This document shows, one piece after another, positions 10,525 to 21,133 of a stretch of 64,000 bases of DNA. Made by a program: the position numbers and the translations under genes. The stretch's first letter is position 1. Every line of letters starts with the position of its first letter. This DNA comes from a virus. The stretch lies in IMG/VR virus record IMGVR_UViG_3300022555_000027, positions 32,270-96,269 of that record, one strand, 5' to 3'. The notes beneath the pieces were generated by a model. The model was not told the DNA's origin and searched no databases. It saw only the letters and a program-made list of their open reading frames with translations.

Positions 10525-13500
10525 ATGAAGAAAAATAACATCCGGGACTTCGAGCCTGGAATGGGGAGAGCGGTGGCCGAGCGCACCATCCTCCGCAAGC
10601 GTCTCGACAACGATGAACTCACCGGGATGGGTGTGCAAGTCGTGATCAACCCCAAAGACCCCGACGCGCCAGCCTGGATTTCTGCTGCCGAAGCGGCTGA
10701 TCTCCTGGTCAAGACCGATTATGAAGCCGGTTTCAAAGGCCGGAAGCCGAAGACCCGGTGGGAGACCTGGGAAGAGGTTGCCAGGAGGGTGTCGTGGGGC
10801 AACACTATCCTCACTCAAGAGGGTGAAGACGACTACCTCAAGATGTACGAAGCTATGCTTGCCGGCACGGTGGTCATGAGTGGCCGCCATCTGCAACACG
10901 GGGACAGCCGCCAGCCAGGCCGACCGCAGGAAGTCTTTACTAATTGCAGCGTTTCTGCGACTACTTTCTTACTCTTTCGCCTTTTGCTTTCCGGCAGTGG
11001 TGTTGGGCGGGACTACAGCAGCCACATGATCGCCGTCAATTTTGACAATGCTCCACACCTCCGTTGCATCCTCAGCGAAGATCACCCTGATTATACCCCA
11101 GGCGCGGCCTATGATGGTCGGCGCGAAGCCATCCATAAATATGGGTCGCCGGGCACCAACCCCGACGTAATCTGGTTCCGCGTCCCTGACAGCCGTGAGG
11201 GCTGGGCGCAGGCAATCGAGACGTGGGAAGTGCTGGCCTTCACGAAGGCCGCCAAGAACAAGACCCTGATCCTCGACTTCTCAGACGTGCGCGAACGCAA
11301 CAAGCCCATCCGGGGAATGCAGTACCGCCCGTCCTCTGGCCCCATTCCCCTGATGAACGCCATAATCAAGGCCGCCAGCCTCAAGGGGGCCGGGATTACG
11401 CCCTGGAAACAGGCGATGCTGATCGACCATTTGGTCGCCGAGTGCGTCCTCGTTGGAGGCGCCCGTCGCTCGGCGCGTATGGCCACGATGTATTGGCGTG
11501 ACCCGGCCATCTTCGAGTTCATCCAATGCAAGCGGCCCATAGAATACATGGGTCTGACCGCCACTGAGGTTGCCCTTTACCGTGATCAGTTGGCTATCCT
11601 CGGTAAGCCGGCGCCAGGAACCTTCCTGTGGAGCGCCAACAACAGCGTCCTGTTTGACCAGGAAGCGTGGGGGCTGTTAGCCTTGCGGAAGGGCGAGAAG
11701 CTCTATCACAGTGCCAGCGCCCGGCACGCGCGCAAGGTATTCGACCTGATCATCTCGTGCTCCTACGGCGACGGAACCGGCGAGCCGGGTATCATCAACG
11801 TGGACAAGCTGGTGGAGAACTGGGCTGGGTGGGAGACCATCGCCAACGGTAGCTTTGCCGGGAACGACACCTACCCCATCGTCGGGGAAACCCTTCACCT
11901 GATGGCCGATCTTGCCCGCCGGGTGCGCCTCAGCCCCTACAGCATGATCGTGAACCCATGCCAGCCCGCTTGGGCGCCCGTGCTTACCCCTTATGGTATA
12001 AGCACCATGGGGGCAATCAAGATCGGGGACAAGGTTTGGTCCAAGGATGGGTGGGTGACGGTCGTGAATAAGCAGGCGACCGGCGTGAAACCTGTTTACT
12101 GGTATCGGACCAACGCGGGTGCTTTCGTCGGCACAGAAAATCACCGCGTCGTTTCTGGGGGCATCAAGATCGAGGCGGGGGAGGCGGATAGCATTGACGT
12201 GCTGGCCGGGCCTCTGGGTTCGGTTGAGCCCTTGGCCCAGTTTGTCATGGATGGTCTCATGATAGGAGACGGGACTGCACACCGGACAAGCCATGATAAG
12301 GTGTATCTCACCATCGGAGCGGGGGACCAGGACTACTTCGCTTCTGAGGTTGGGCACCTGATCATTGGTGACCATTCTGTCAAGAAAGGCAAAGCGTTCA
12401 AGGTCGAGACGACTATCGACCACGATGAGCTTCCCCACCTGCCAGAGCGTGTTATCCCGGATCGCTTTCTGTACGGAACGCCGTCTGAGGTGGCATCGTT
12501 CCTTCGTGGCCTCTTTTCAGCCAATGGATCAATCTGCGGAAGCCGGGTGACGCTCAAGACAACTTCTGCTGGTCTTGCGGCTCAGGTTCAGTGGATGCTC
12601 TCGTCTATTGGGATCGTTTCATACCGGACCACCAACAAGTCGTCGTCCGTTAAATGGGAGAATGGGGAGTACACCAGCCGCCAGTCCTACGACATCAACG
12701 TCAACGCCCATAATGCTCTGGTGTTCGCTGAGAAGATTGGCTTCATCCAGGGGTACAAAAACGAAAAGCTCGCGGCTCTTTCTCGCTGTGATGGGCCTCG
12801 CGGTCATCGGGTTAAGACCACGTTCGACATCGTTGAGCGCGATCTTATCGGTGAGGAAGAGGTATTTGACATCACGGTTGACGGACCATCGCACACCTAT
12901 TGGTCCGGCGGGCACGATGTGAGCAACTGTGGCGAGGTTACCCTTTCAGTCCTGGGTGGTTTCTGTGTGCTATGTGATGTCATCCCGTACCACGCAGAAA
13001 GTCTTGATGAGGCCGAGGAAGCATTCCGTGTCGCCACGCGGGCACTGATCCGGGTCAACACCATGGACAGCGTTTACAACAACGAAGTGAGGCGCACCAA
13101 CCGCATTGGTGTCGGGATGACCGGCATCTTTGAGTTCGCTGCCAAGTTTTTCAGGTGCGGCTTCATTGAGCTTATCAACCCTGATTTCACTAACCCGCAC
13201 TGCCGTTCGGCCCAGTTCTGGATCACCCTGAGCAGGTTCGCTCGGGCTGTTGAAGAAGAGGCCGAGAGCTATTCCAAGGTGCTCGGGATGGCTATTCCGC
13301 ACACCAACCGTACTATCAAGCCCAGTGGCACGATCAGCAAACTGTGGGGCCTTTCCGAAGGTGCCCATCTTCCTTGTCAGCGTCGGTATCTTCGCTGGGT
13401 TCAGTTCCGCTCTGATGACCCCTTGGTGGCCGAATACAAGGCCAAGGGCTACCCTGCGAAGGAACTGGTCACGTACACCGGCACGACAGTGATCGGCTTC

Positions 13501-13938
13501 CCAACAACCCCTGTGCTGACCACGCTGTTGCCCGACGACATGATCGTCACGGCGTCCGAGGCTACTCCGGCGCAACAGTATGCTTGGCTGCGTCTTCTTG
13601 AAAACCACTGGCTACGGGGTGGTGATCAACATGGAAACCAGTTTCAAACAGATCACTCGAACCAAATCAGCTACTCGCTAAAATACAACCCAGCCATCGT
13701 CTCCGCCGAAGACCTCAAGGAAATGCTGCTGGAGTACCAACCGGGCGTCAAAGCGTGCTCGGTCATGCCCCTCACCGAAGACCGATCGGCCTATGAATAT
13801 CTCCCCGAAACCCCTGTTACCAAATCGGAGTACGAGGCCATCTCCCGTCAGATCAGCGCCAAGCTGGCAGAGGATGTTGACCGTGTCCATTTAGATTGTG
13901 CCAGTGGTGCTTGCCCCATCGACTTCAACAAGAGCTAG
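10525..13938 (+). CDS. nrdJ: Class II (B12-dependent) ribonucleotide reductase, intein-containing
   Basis: TNC, GSGVG, DSREGW, GGARRSA, EPG, NP|CGE thiyl motif split by an intein, IKPSGTIS, C-terminal CASGACP. Confidence 0.9.
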   Translation: MKKNNIRDFEPGMGRAVAERTILRKRLDNDELTGMGVQVVINPKDPDAPAWISAAEAADLLVKTDYEAGFKGRKPKTRWETWEEVARRVSWGNTILTQEGEDDYLKMYEAMLAGTVVMSGRHLQHGDSRQPGRPQEVFTNCSVSATTFLLFRLLLSGSGVGRDYSSHMIAVNFDNAPHLRCILSEDHPDYTPGAAYDGRREAIHKYGSPGTNPDVIWFRVPDSREGWAQAIETWEVLAFTKAAKNKTLILDFSDVRERNKPIRGMQYRPSSGPIPLMNAIIKAASLKGAGITPWKQAMLIDHLVAECVLVGGARRSARMATMYWRDPAIFEFIQCKRPIEYMGLTATEVALYRDQLAILGKPAPGTFLWSANNSVLFDQEAWGLLALRKGEKLYHSASARHARKVFDLIISCSYGDGTGEPGIINVDKLVENWAGWETIANGSFAGNDTYPIVGETLHLMADLARRVRLSPYSMIVNPCQPAWAPVLTPYGISTMGAIKIGDKVWSKDGWVTVVNKQATGVKPVYWYRTNAGAFVGTENHRVVSGGIKIEAGEADSIDVLAGPLGSVEPLAQFVMDGLMIGDGTAHRTSHDKVYLTIGAGDQDYFASEVGHLIIGDHSVKKGKAFKVETTIDHDELPHLPERVIPDRFLYGTPSEVASFLRGLFSANGSICGSRVTLKTTSAGLAAQVQWMLSSIGIVSYRTTNKSSSVKWENGEYTSRQSYDINVNAHNALVFAEKIGFIQGYKNEKLAALSRCDGPRGHRVKTTFDIVERDLIGEEEVFDITVDGPSHTYWSGGHDVSNCGEVTLSVLGGFCVLCDVIPYHAESLDEAEEAFRVATRALIRVNTMDSVYNNEVRRTNRIGVGMTGIFEFAAKFFRCGFIELINPDFTNPHCRSAQFWITLSRFARAVEEEAESYSKVLGMAIPHTNRTIKPSGTISKLWGLSEGAHLPCQRRYLRWVQFRSDDPLVAEYKAKGYPAKELVTYTGTTVIGFPTTPVLTTLLPDDMIVTASEATPAQQYAWLRLLENHWLRGGDQHGNQFQTDHSNQISYSLKYNPAIVSAEDLKEMLLEYQPGVKACSVMPLTEDRSAYEYLPETPVTKSEYEAISRQISAKLAEDVDRVHLDCASGACPIDFNKS
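11959..12927 (+). mobile_element. LAGLIDADG intein (323 aa) in the RNR
   Basis: Starts CQPAWAP, block B GTENHRV, GLMIGDG and FLRGLFSANG motifs, ends DVSN|C; removal restores NPCGE. Confidence 0.9.
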
Positions 13939-13964
13939 ACATTGTTGACCAGAAGGCCTATACT
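13936..13964 (+). promoter_or_regulatory. Sigma70-like promoter
   Basis: TAGACA-N17-TATACT upstream of ORF 14001. Confidence 0.55.
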
Positions 13965-14000
13965 CCCGGGTAGGGGTAACACCATACCCGGGAGGGTCCG

Positions 14001-14234
14001 ATGGCTCGCAAGAAAGCTCCGGCGCCTCAACCGACAAAAGCTCGCCCAAGCCTTGTGGTAAAGTACATTGAGTTGTACGCATCGCGGGTGCGGGAGATGC
14101 AACGAACCATAGACGAGGAGGGTCTGGCAAATACACTACTACAAGAGCGGCGCCTAGCTTCAACGCTCACCGACGAGGAAGTATCTGGACGGATGTTCAA
14201 CCTCTTAAAATTCGGTGAAATGTATCAGGCGTAA
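14001..14234 (+). CDS. Hypothetical protein
   Basis: GGAGG RBS, 77 aa. Confidence 0.6.
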   Translation: MARKKAPAPQPTKARPSLVVKYIELYASRVREMQRTIDEEGLANTLLQERRLASTLTDEEVSGRMFNLLKFGEMYQA

Positions 14235-14245
14235 GGAGCAACCCC

Positions 14246-15034
14246 ATGAGCAGACGAGCAGACCGTTATCAGTCGGAACGTGGTCGCGGCCCCAACAGGC
14301 GCGGCGCACAGCAATCCCCCGGCAAGGGGGCTGAAGAGCCGACCGAGCCCCAAGCGAAGATCGCCCCCTTCAAGCCACGGGGGGAAAACCAGATCGAATA
14401 CGTCCGGTCCCTCTACGAATACCGTCTCACCTTCGCCCTTGGCCCAGCGGGTACAGGCAAATCCTACGTCGCAGCCAGCATCGCGGCGAAGCTCCTGGCA
14501 GATAAATCAGTGAAAAGCCTGATCCTCTGCCGTCCCGCCGTCGAAGCGGGGGAAGAGCACCTCGGCTTTCTGCCCGGCGATCTCAGTGAAAAGATGGCCC
14601 CCTGGACTGCACCCATCATTGACATCCTGTATCAGCGTCTCGGCAAACAGCGGGTCGATGGTATGGTGCGTGCCGGTGTTATCAAGACCATCCCATTCGC
14701 TTACATGCGCGGGTGGACACTTCAAGACGCCTTCGTGCTCCTTGACGAAGCCCAGAACACCACCCCGAGCCAGATGAAGCTCTTCCTGACCCGCATCGGT
14801 GAGGGGGCAACGGTGTCCGTCAACGGTGACACGAAGCAATCTGATATCCACTCCGAAGACAACGGCCTCGCAACGGCCATCTGGTTGGCCACTCGCTTCA
14901 ACATCCCCTGCGGCGTCATCAAGTTCACCCCTGAAGACTGCGTTCGTTCGGAGATGTGCCGGGCGTGGAGCATCGCCTTCGAGGAAGATGAAGACCATAT
15001 CGACAACTCACTCCCGTTCCTTCGGGCAAGTTGA
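14246..15034 (+). CDS. phoH: PhoH-family ATPase
   Basis: GPAGTGKS, RPAVEAGE.LGFLPG, YMRGWT, LDEAQN, LTRIG, GD..QSD. Confidence 0.93.
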   Translation: MSRRADRYQSERGRGPNRRGAQQSPGKGAEEPTEPQAKIAPFKPRGENQIEYVRSLYEYRLTFALGPAGTGKSYVAASIAAKLLADKSVKSLILCRPAVEAGEEHLGFLPGDLSEKMAPWTAPIIDILYQRLGKQRVDGMVRAGVIKTIPFAYMRGWTLQDAFVLLDEAQNTTPSQMKLFLTRIGEGATVSVNGDTKQSDIHSEDNGLATAIWLATRFNIPCGVIKFTPEDCVRSEMCRAWSIAFEEDEDHIDNSLPFLRAS

Positions 15035-15132
15035 AACCAGTTTCACTGAAACGACGGTTTCCGCTTGAAAAAGTCGGGATGGTGGTTACATAATGTGGGA
15101 ACCGGTTACCCTCGTTACAAGGATCACCATCC

Positions 15133-15510
15133 ATGGCTACCTTCACCATGCCTGCGGCCACTGGCGGCGGCACCATTCCCCACCCGGATGCCGTGGCTGC
15201 GCTGCCCATCGGTGGGGTCATCAATGCCGTTGTAGGTACGGCGAAGACTGTGCTGGTAGCCCCGAAGGGCGCCACCTTCCTCGTTCTCCAGTCCGACAGC
15301 GGAGACTTCCGCGTCCGACAGGGTGATCATTCCGGCGGTACGGGTTCCCTTGACAGCGCCATGCCGGCCGCCGCAATCCCGGCCGCGTCCGTCTCCGATG
15401 GTTCAGCGGGCTTCCGCATTGCCTCCGGCACCAAGCTGGTCCTTCCGGCCGCTACCGTCACCGTCGTCGGCTATGCCTCGGGTTCGGCCCTGAGCTACTA
15501 CTTCCTTTAG
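15133..15510 (+). CDS. Hypothetical, possibly virion-associated protein
   Basis: Ala/Gly/Thr-rich 125-aa ORF; possible TTGAAA..CATAAT promoter at 15065-15094. Confidence 0.55.
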   Translation: MATFTMPAATGGGTIPHPDAVAALPIGGVINAVVGTAKTVLVAPKGATFLVLQSDSGDFRVRQGDHSGGTGSLDSAMPAAAIPAASVSDGSAGFRIASGTKLVLPAATVTVVGYASGSALSYYFL

Positions 15511-15519
15511 GGTGCAATC

Positions 15520-16854
15520 ATGGCCCGCTTTAACAAACAGGCGCCCCGGCGCGCTACCGTACCGACCCCAGCAGGTCCCCGGCGCGGTGCTCACGAGATC
15601 GTGTGGCGGGCAACTTCAAGCCTCACCCCCTATCTTCGGAACAGCCGTACCCACACCCCTCAGCAGGTGGATAAAATCGTCAACTCGATCAACACGTTTG
15701 GGTTTAACAACCCCATCCTTATTGACGAGAAAGGCGAAATCATCGCCGGCCACGGGCGCCTAGCAGCCGCTCAACAGGCTGGATTGGCCGAAGTCCCAAC
15801 GGTAACGCTGGACCACCTGACCGATGCCCAGAAGCGTGCCTACGTGATCGCGGACAACCGCATCACCGACGACGCCGGATGGAACGAGGACTTGCTGTCC
15901 ATCGAGTTGAAGGCCCTCCGGGATGAGGACTTCGACTTGACCACAACCGGTTTCGAGGAAGATGAGCTTGCCGTGCTCCTTGAGGAAGACGGTCCCGGTG
16001 GTGATACCGATGCGGACGAAACCCCTGAGCCCCAGGCCGTGGTGATCTCCCGGATCGGCGAAGTGTGGCTGCTCGGGAACCACCGATTGATCTGCGGTGA
16101 CAGCACCGATGCTGCTACCGTATCCACCCTTTTGGGCACCGTGAAACCACACCTAATGGTCACGGACCCGCCCTACGGCGTCAAATATGACGCTACTTGG
16201 CGCGATCACCGGAACGGGGCCTTCGGAGACGGTAAGCCGGTCATGCGCGGTGTGGTTCAGAATGATGACCGGGCAGACTGGCGCGAAGCGTGGGCCTTGT
16301 TCCCGGGCGACACCGCGTATGTCTGGCATTCCGCTCTTCACGGCCATGAGGTTGCCGAGAGCCTTGTTGCAACCGGTTTCAAACTCCGCAGCCAGATCAT
16401 CTGGAAGAAACCGCACTTCACCTTGTCGCGGGGCGATTACCATTGGCAGCATGAGCCGTGTTGGTACGTCGTCCGCGAGGGGAAGAACGGGCACTACGGT
16501 GGCGACCGCACCCAATCAACCGTGTGGGACATCGCCGGCATGAACCCAGCCGGTCAGACCCGCAACGCCTGCGATGGCAAAACCAACCATAGCACTCAGA
16601 AGCCGGTCGAGTGCATGCGGAAGCCCATCGAGAACAACAGTTCACCAGGGCAAGCAATCTATGAGCCCTTCGCAGGCAGCGGTAGCACCATCATTGCTTG
16701 TGAGCAGACGGGGCGTATCTGCTTTGCCATCGAACTTGACCCGACGTATATCGATCTGATCATCCGCCGTTGGCAATCATTTAGCACCAAGGAAGCAACC
16801 CTCGAAAGCGATGGGCGCACCTTCGCTGAGGTAAGCGCCGAGCGGAGTGCGTAA
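15520..16854 (+). CDS. ParB-N domain fused to N6A/N4C DNA methyltransferase (beta type)
   Basis: PY.RNSRTH...FGF.NPILID...AGHGR...ADNR; DPPY; HSTQKP; EPFAGSGST. Confidence 0.92.
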   Translation: MARFNKQAPRRATVPTPAGPRRGAHEIVWRATSSLTPYLRNSRTHTPQQVDKIVNSINTFGFNNPILIDEKGEIIAGHGRLAAAQQAGLAEVPTVTLDHLTDAQKRAYVIADNRITDDAGWNEDLLSIELKALRDEDFDLTTTGFEEDELAVLLEEDGPGGDTDADETPEPQAVVISRIGEVWLLGNHRLICGDSTDAATVSTLLGTVKPHLMVTDPPYGVKYDATWRDHRNGAFGDGKPVMRGVVQNDDRADWREAWALFPGDTAYVWHSALHGHEVAESLVATGFKLRSQIIWKKPHFTLSRGDYHWQHEPCWYVVREGKNGHYGGDRTQSTVWDIAGMNPAGQTRNACDGKTNHSTQKPVECMRKPIENNSSPGQAIYEPFAGSGSTIIACEQTGRICFAIELDPTYIDLIIRRWQSFSTKEATLESDGRTFAEVSAERSA

Positions 16855-16855
16855 C

Positions 16856-17605
16856 ATGGGACGGTTCACGAACGCCTTGCAGGGCATCAAGGACAAGAAG
16901 AAGCGCGCAAAGCCCCCTGTAGCCGTTCAGGAAGGCACCAGTGGGTATGGGAAGGACACGCAGCCTTCCCTTATGGCACCCCCAACCCCGATGGAGGCTG
17001 GCACGGCCAAGACCGTGCTCGTCCTTCCGAAGACCACCATCCCAAAAAGCGATGACCAGACCCTATGGGAAGAGCAAATGGTCGCCAAAACCGAAGTTGC
17101 GATGCTCAAGGGCTACCGAGACCCCCGGATGATGGCTCAGTTGCTCCAGATCACCGTCCCCCAGGCCGAAAAGTTCATCAAGAGGGTGCTCGCTCGCTTT
17201 GAAATCGTCGGTACGGCCCATGATCTAAAGAGGGTGCGCGGCGAAGGCTTGGCCCGTATGGCCATGTTAGAGCGCAAGTATTGGCAGATCATTGAGACTT
17301 CCAAAGACCAGAGGGCCAAGATCGTTGCGTTGCAGTCGCTCCTTGAGATCAACAAACAGCGTGATCTTTACAACGGTGTTAGCCAGAAGACCATGGAGAG
17401 TGTGTCACAACGCACCGAAGGGTCTGAGGTTCAAGCCCGGCTCGCCAAGCAGGCCCGCCTCGGGGCGATGGCAAAACAGTTGGCCGAGATCATCGCCGAA
17501 CAACAACGTGACGCGACGGCAGAAAAAGTCACCGTCGTACCTGCCGATCAGAGTATCCCGCAGGATTTTGAGGAAGAAGACGATGGCTTTCAAGACGCCG
17601 ACTGA
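16856..17605 (+). CDS. Probable terminase small subunit
   Basis: Helical/HTH-like protein overlapping the TerL start; positional inference. Confidence 0.55.
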   Translation: MGRFTNALQGIKDKKKRAKPPVAVQEGTSGYGKDTQPSLMAPPTPMEAGTAKTVLVLPKTTIPKSDDQTLWEEQMVAKTEVAMLKGYRDPRMMAQLLQITVPQAEKFIKRVLARFEIVGTAHDLKRVRGEGLARMAMLERKYWQIIETSKDQRAKIVALQSLLEINKQRDLYNGVSQKTMESVSQRTEGSEVQARLAKQARLGAMAKQLAEIIAEQQRDATAEKVTVVPADQSIPQDFEEEDDGFQDAD

Positions 17606-20600
17606 CCAGTCCAAGGCGCTGTGGCGGCACCTCAGGAACCAAGTGCATGACGAGATCGGAGCATCGGCTCTCGCGGCCTTGGCCCACGAGTATGGTGACG
17701 ACCCCGATGCCCTGATGGAGTTCCTTGAAGCCCTTGGTGAGAGCGGGGGCGACATGGCCGCCCTCCTTACCAAGACCCATGAGCCGGTAAGCATCGACCA
17801 GTTTATCGAGGATGACTACTTCCTGGGCTACGATGCCGACCACATCTGGCCGGAGAACCGCCGGATCATTCGGGAGATCGTTGAGGACGGGTACGTGGAG
17901 GCACTGTTGATGGGGGCCATCGGTTACGGCAAGGCACAGCCTTTGTCTGCGAAGCTCCTTACCCCAAACGGGTGGATGCTTATGGCGAACATCCGTGTTG
18001 GCGACTTCGTGATTGGCAGAGACGGGAAGCCTACGGAGGTTATCGGTGTGTTCTTCCAAGGCGTCCGTAAAGTCTTCAAGGTTTCCTTTAACGACGGGGC
18101 TTCCACAAGATGCTGCGCCGAGCATTTGTGGTCTGTCCGAAGCCCTTCTGCCGCCCATACCGATGCGCCGTGGAAGACTGCATCCTTGAGCAGCTTTGTA
18201 GGTGGCGTCCGCAATAAGAACGGCCAACTCAAGTGGCATACGCCCGTAATGGACGCCGTAGAGTTCCAGGGCAATCAGTTGCCAATCGACCCTTATGTAC
18301 TCGGAGTCCTTATCGGTAATGGTTCATTGAAAGACGGGGTCCGCTTTTCCTCGAATGACCAGCCAACCATTGACCGTGTTTCAGAGGCCGTCCCAGCGCC
18401 CCTCTCTGTGAAATACGTCTCCCAGTATGATTATCGGATCACGGGTCCGATGTCTGGTGGTATTGCTGGAAGTAACGAAATGCTCGCCTCTCTTAGGTCT
18501 CTAGGGCTTTTAGGGAAGGGTTCAGATGATAAGTTCATACCGCAGGAATACCTTCTTAGTTCTATAGCGTCTCGCATCGACTTGCTCCACGGCCTTATGG
18601 ACACTGACGGGTGGGTTGAAGGTGCTGGAGGCTGCGGGATTCGGTATTCAAGCAATTCAAGTCGTCTAATCGACGATGTGACATTTCTTGTGCGATCTCT
18701 TGGCTGCACCACCAAGAGGACGGTGAAGGTCTCCGCGTCTGGAAAAGATCACCATCAGTTGGCCATCTGCCCTCCAGCGGGCTTCGATATGTTCTGGCTT
18801 CCTCGCAAGAAAGACGCAGTTCGTCGCTCCGGGAAGTACACGCCATCTCGAATGATCTCTTCTGTCGATCCAGACGGCTCGGAGGAGTGCATGTGCATCA
18901 AAGTAGCCGCCAAGGATCAACTATACGTCACGGATGACTTTGTTGTGACGCACAATACAACGGTCGCACAGGTCATCACGGCTTACCAGATTTACCTCCT
19001 TTCGACCGAGAAGTTCCCACAGGCCAAGTATGGCTTGCTGCCCACCTCCAGCATCGTGGTCGCGATGCTCAACAAAACGGATGACCTCTCTAAGTCAGTA
19101 ACTTTCGGCGAGTTCCGCCAGATGATGGAGCAAGTACCGTATTTCAAGGAAGAGTTCCCCTTTGACCGCACCGTCAAAAGCCAGATGCACTTCCCCAACA
19201 ACATTCTGGTCATGCCAAGCGCCGCTTATAGTAACAAGCTCCTCGGTATGAATATCATCGGGGGAATTATCGACGAAATGAACTTCATGGCTCAGGTTTT
19301 GAAGTCAAAACAGGCGCGTGACGGGGGGGAGTTTAACCAGGCGAAGGCCATTTATAGTACATTGGTTCGGCGCCGGAAATCCCGCTTCATGAAGACGGGC
19401 AAGGTCCCGGGATGCTTGCTGCTAGTTTCGTCAAAAGGTGGCCCAGACGACTTTCTTGAGCAACGCGCCCGCCAAGCATCGGATGAGGCCGACAAGCTGA
19501 CCTATGTGGTGGACAAGCCCATCTGGGAAATCAAGCCGGCGGAGAACTACTCCGGTAAGACGTTCCGCCTTGAACTGGGAAATGAACGGTTTCAGGCTCA
19601 GGTGCTTGAAGACAGCCAGGAGCCCCGTGAGGGCGCGTTGACCATGACAGTGCCCCTGGAATACAAGGGCGACTTCACCAACGACATGGAAGGCTCCTTG
19701 CGCGACCTAGCGGGTGTTTGCACGCTGGCCCGCCGCCCCTACTTCTGGGACCGGAGCGCCATTTGGCGGATGGCTGATGACTTCAAGGAAGCGGGCAACG
19801 AGAGCCCATTCGCCGGGTTCAAGTACGAGCTATCGAAGGGCATCCCGTTACCCATCGAAGGGTACAAATGCCGCGACCCGCACATGCCCCGTGTTTGCCA
19901 TATCGACTTGGGCCTGACCGGGGACTATTGCGGCCTTGCCGTGGGCTATGTCTCAGGCATTGAAATGCAAAAGGGTAGGGGTCGCAAAGGTGAGATCGTG
20001 ATTGAGGAAATGCCGATAGTCACCTATGACGTGGTATTAACTATTACTCCACCCCCAGGCGGCGAAATAGAGTTCTCTCAAGTCCGTGAAATCCTGTACC
20101 TCCTTCGCGATCAGCTTGGCATCCCCATTCAATATGTTTCGTTCGATCAGTTTCAGTCAGCGGATAGCCGTCAGATCCTTCAGCGCAAGCGGTTCGTCAC
20201 GTTCCACCGCTCAGTGGATGGTGAGAAGGGGCTTGAGTTCTATCGGATGTTCCGTTCGGCTGTCAATGGACACAGGGTACTCTGCCCTGACAACCCAATC
20301 GCCTTCAAGGAACTTGCGATGCTTGAGGAGGATCACGAGCATCGTTGCGTTGACCATCCAAGTAACGGCTCTAAGGATACCGCCGATGGTATGTGCGGAG
20401 TTTATGCCACCATTATGATGCGGCGCCACCTGTGGGAGCGGGGAGGGGCCAAAAATGTCACCGTCGTAACTGAGAATGCGAGTAGGAGCCAGCCGGAGGC
20501 TCTCGGCAACTCCTTTGAGGAGTTTCGGAAGGAGCTTATGCCCAACACCAAGCAGCGCCAAGAGCACCCAGCATCGAAGGAGAGGCCGAAGTCAGGCCGC

Positions 20601-20639
20601 CGTAGTGGTGGGCCACGGCCATCGTCAAATCGGAGATAG
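17583..20639 (+). CDS. Terminase large subunit, intein-containing
   Basis: Walker A GAIGYGK|TT split by an intein, Walker B IIDEMNF, nuclease motifs HIDLG, SFDQFQS, VDHP..GSKD..D. Confidence 0.9.
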   Translation: MAFKTPTDQSKALWRHLRNQVHDEIGASALAALAHEYGDDPDALMEFLEALGESGGDMAALLTKTHEPVSIDQFIEDDYFLGYDADHIWPENRRIIREIVEDGYVEALLMGAIGYGKAQPLSAKLLTPNGWMLMANIRVGDFVIGRDGKPTEVIGVFFQGVRKVFKVSFNDGASTRCCAEHLWSVRSPSAAHTDAPWKTASLSSFVGGVRNKNGQLKWHTPVMDAVEFQGNQLPIDPYVLGVLIGNGSLKDGVRFSSNDQPTIDRVSEAVPAPLSVKYVSQYDYRITGPMSGGIAGSNEMLASLRSLGLLGKGSDDKFIPQEYLLSSIASRIDLLHGLMDTDGWVEGAGGCGIRYSSNSSRLIDDVTFLVRSLGCTTKRTVKVSASGKDHHQLAICPPAGFDMFWLPRKKDAVRRSGKYTPSRMISSVDPDGSEECMCIKVAAKDQLYVTDDFVVTHNTTVAQVITAYQIYLLSTEKFPQAKYGLLPTSSIVVAMLNKTDDLSKSVTFGEFRQMMEQVPYFKEEFPFDRTVKSQMHFPNNILVMPSAAYSNKLLGMNIIGGIIDEMNFMAQVLKSKQARDGGEFNQAKAIYSTLVRRRKSRFMKTGKVPGCLLLVSSKGGPDDFLEQRARQASDEADKLTYVVDKPIWEIKPAENYSGKTFRLELGNERFQAQVLEDSQEPREGALTMTVPLEYKGDFTNDMEGSLRDLAGVCTLARRPYFWDRSAIWRMADDFKEAGNESPFAGFKYELSKGIPLPIEGYKCRDPHMPRVCHIDLGLTGDYCGLAVGYVSGIEMQKGRGRKGEIVIEEMPIVTYDVVLTITPPPGGEIEFSQVREILYLLRDQLGIPIQYVSFDQFQSADSRQILQRKRFVTFHRSVDGEKGLEFYRMFRSAVNGHRVLCPDNPIAFKELAMLEEDHEHRCVDHPSNGSKDTADGMCGVYATIMMRRHLWERGGAKNVTVVTENASRSQPEALGNSFEEFRKELMPNTKQRQEHPASKERPKSGRRSGGPRPSSNRR
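17934..18956 (+). mobile_element. Class-3 LAGLIDADG intein (341 aa) in the TerL P-loop
   Basis: Starts with Ala (AQPLSAK); W in block B (EHLW), C in block F (CMCIKV), T in block G (VTHN|T); GVLIGNG and GLMDTDG motifs. Confidence 0.88.
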
Positions 20640-20641
20640 TC

Positions 20642-21037
20642 ATGATCGTCCAAGAGCGAGTCATCGCAGCAGCATCGTTGCTACGCGCCGAGAAAACCTA
20701 CACGGTGCATGTGATCATCATCCTGATCGACGAGTTTGATGAAGACTTGTTTCTGTGCATCCCTTACGCAGTCGTGACGGATGCCCAAGGTCCGACCACC
20801 GCTGCGGTAACTGCGCTGCAAGCAGCATCCGAACACGCCGAGAATAACAGTGACAGGCCAACGCACCTCGTCGCCTTCACCCGTGTAGTGTCCATCTATC
20901 CCGGGAAGCAGGAGAGCATCCACGTCGATCTTGACTACGATGCAATCGAGACGAACCTATCTCGACTTCCCGAGATCGACCACATCTTCCCAAAAGAGGA
21001 AGTATCGAACCCATCCGAGTGGGCGACCACGCCGTGA
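20642..21037 (+). CDS. Hypothetical protein
   Basis: GGAG RBS, directly follows TerL. Confidence 0.6.
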   Translation: MIVQERVIAAASLLRAEKTYTVHVIIILIDEFDEDLFLCIPYAVVTDAQGPTTAAVTALQAASEHAENNSDRPTHLVAFTRVVSIYPGKQESIHVDLDYDAIETNLSRLPEIDHIFPKEEVSNPSEWATTP

Positions 21038-21133
21038 AAGTGCTTGTTAATTCCGTTGGAGGCCTCATATAGGTGCTACATCCAGCATAAACCGTTGCCG
21101 GAATGAAACCGGTTGCAAAATCAGGAGAGCACC

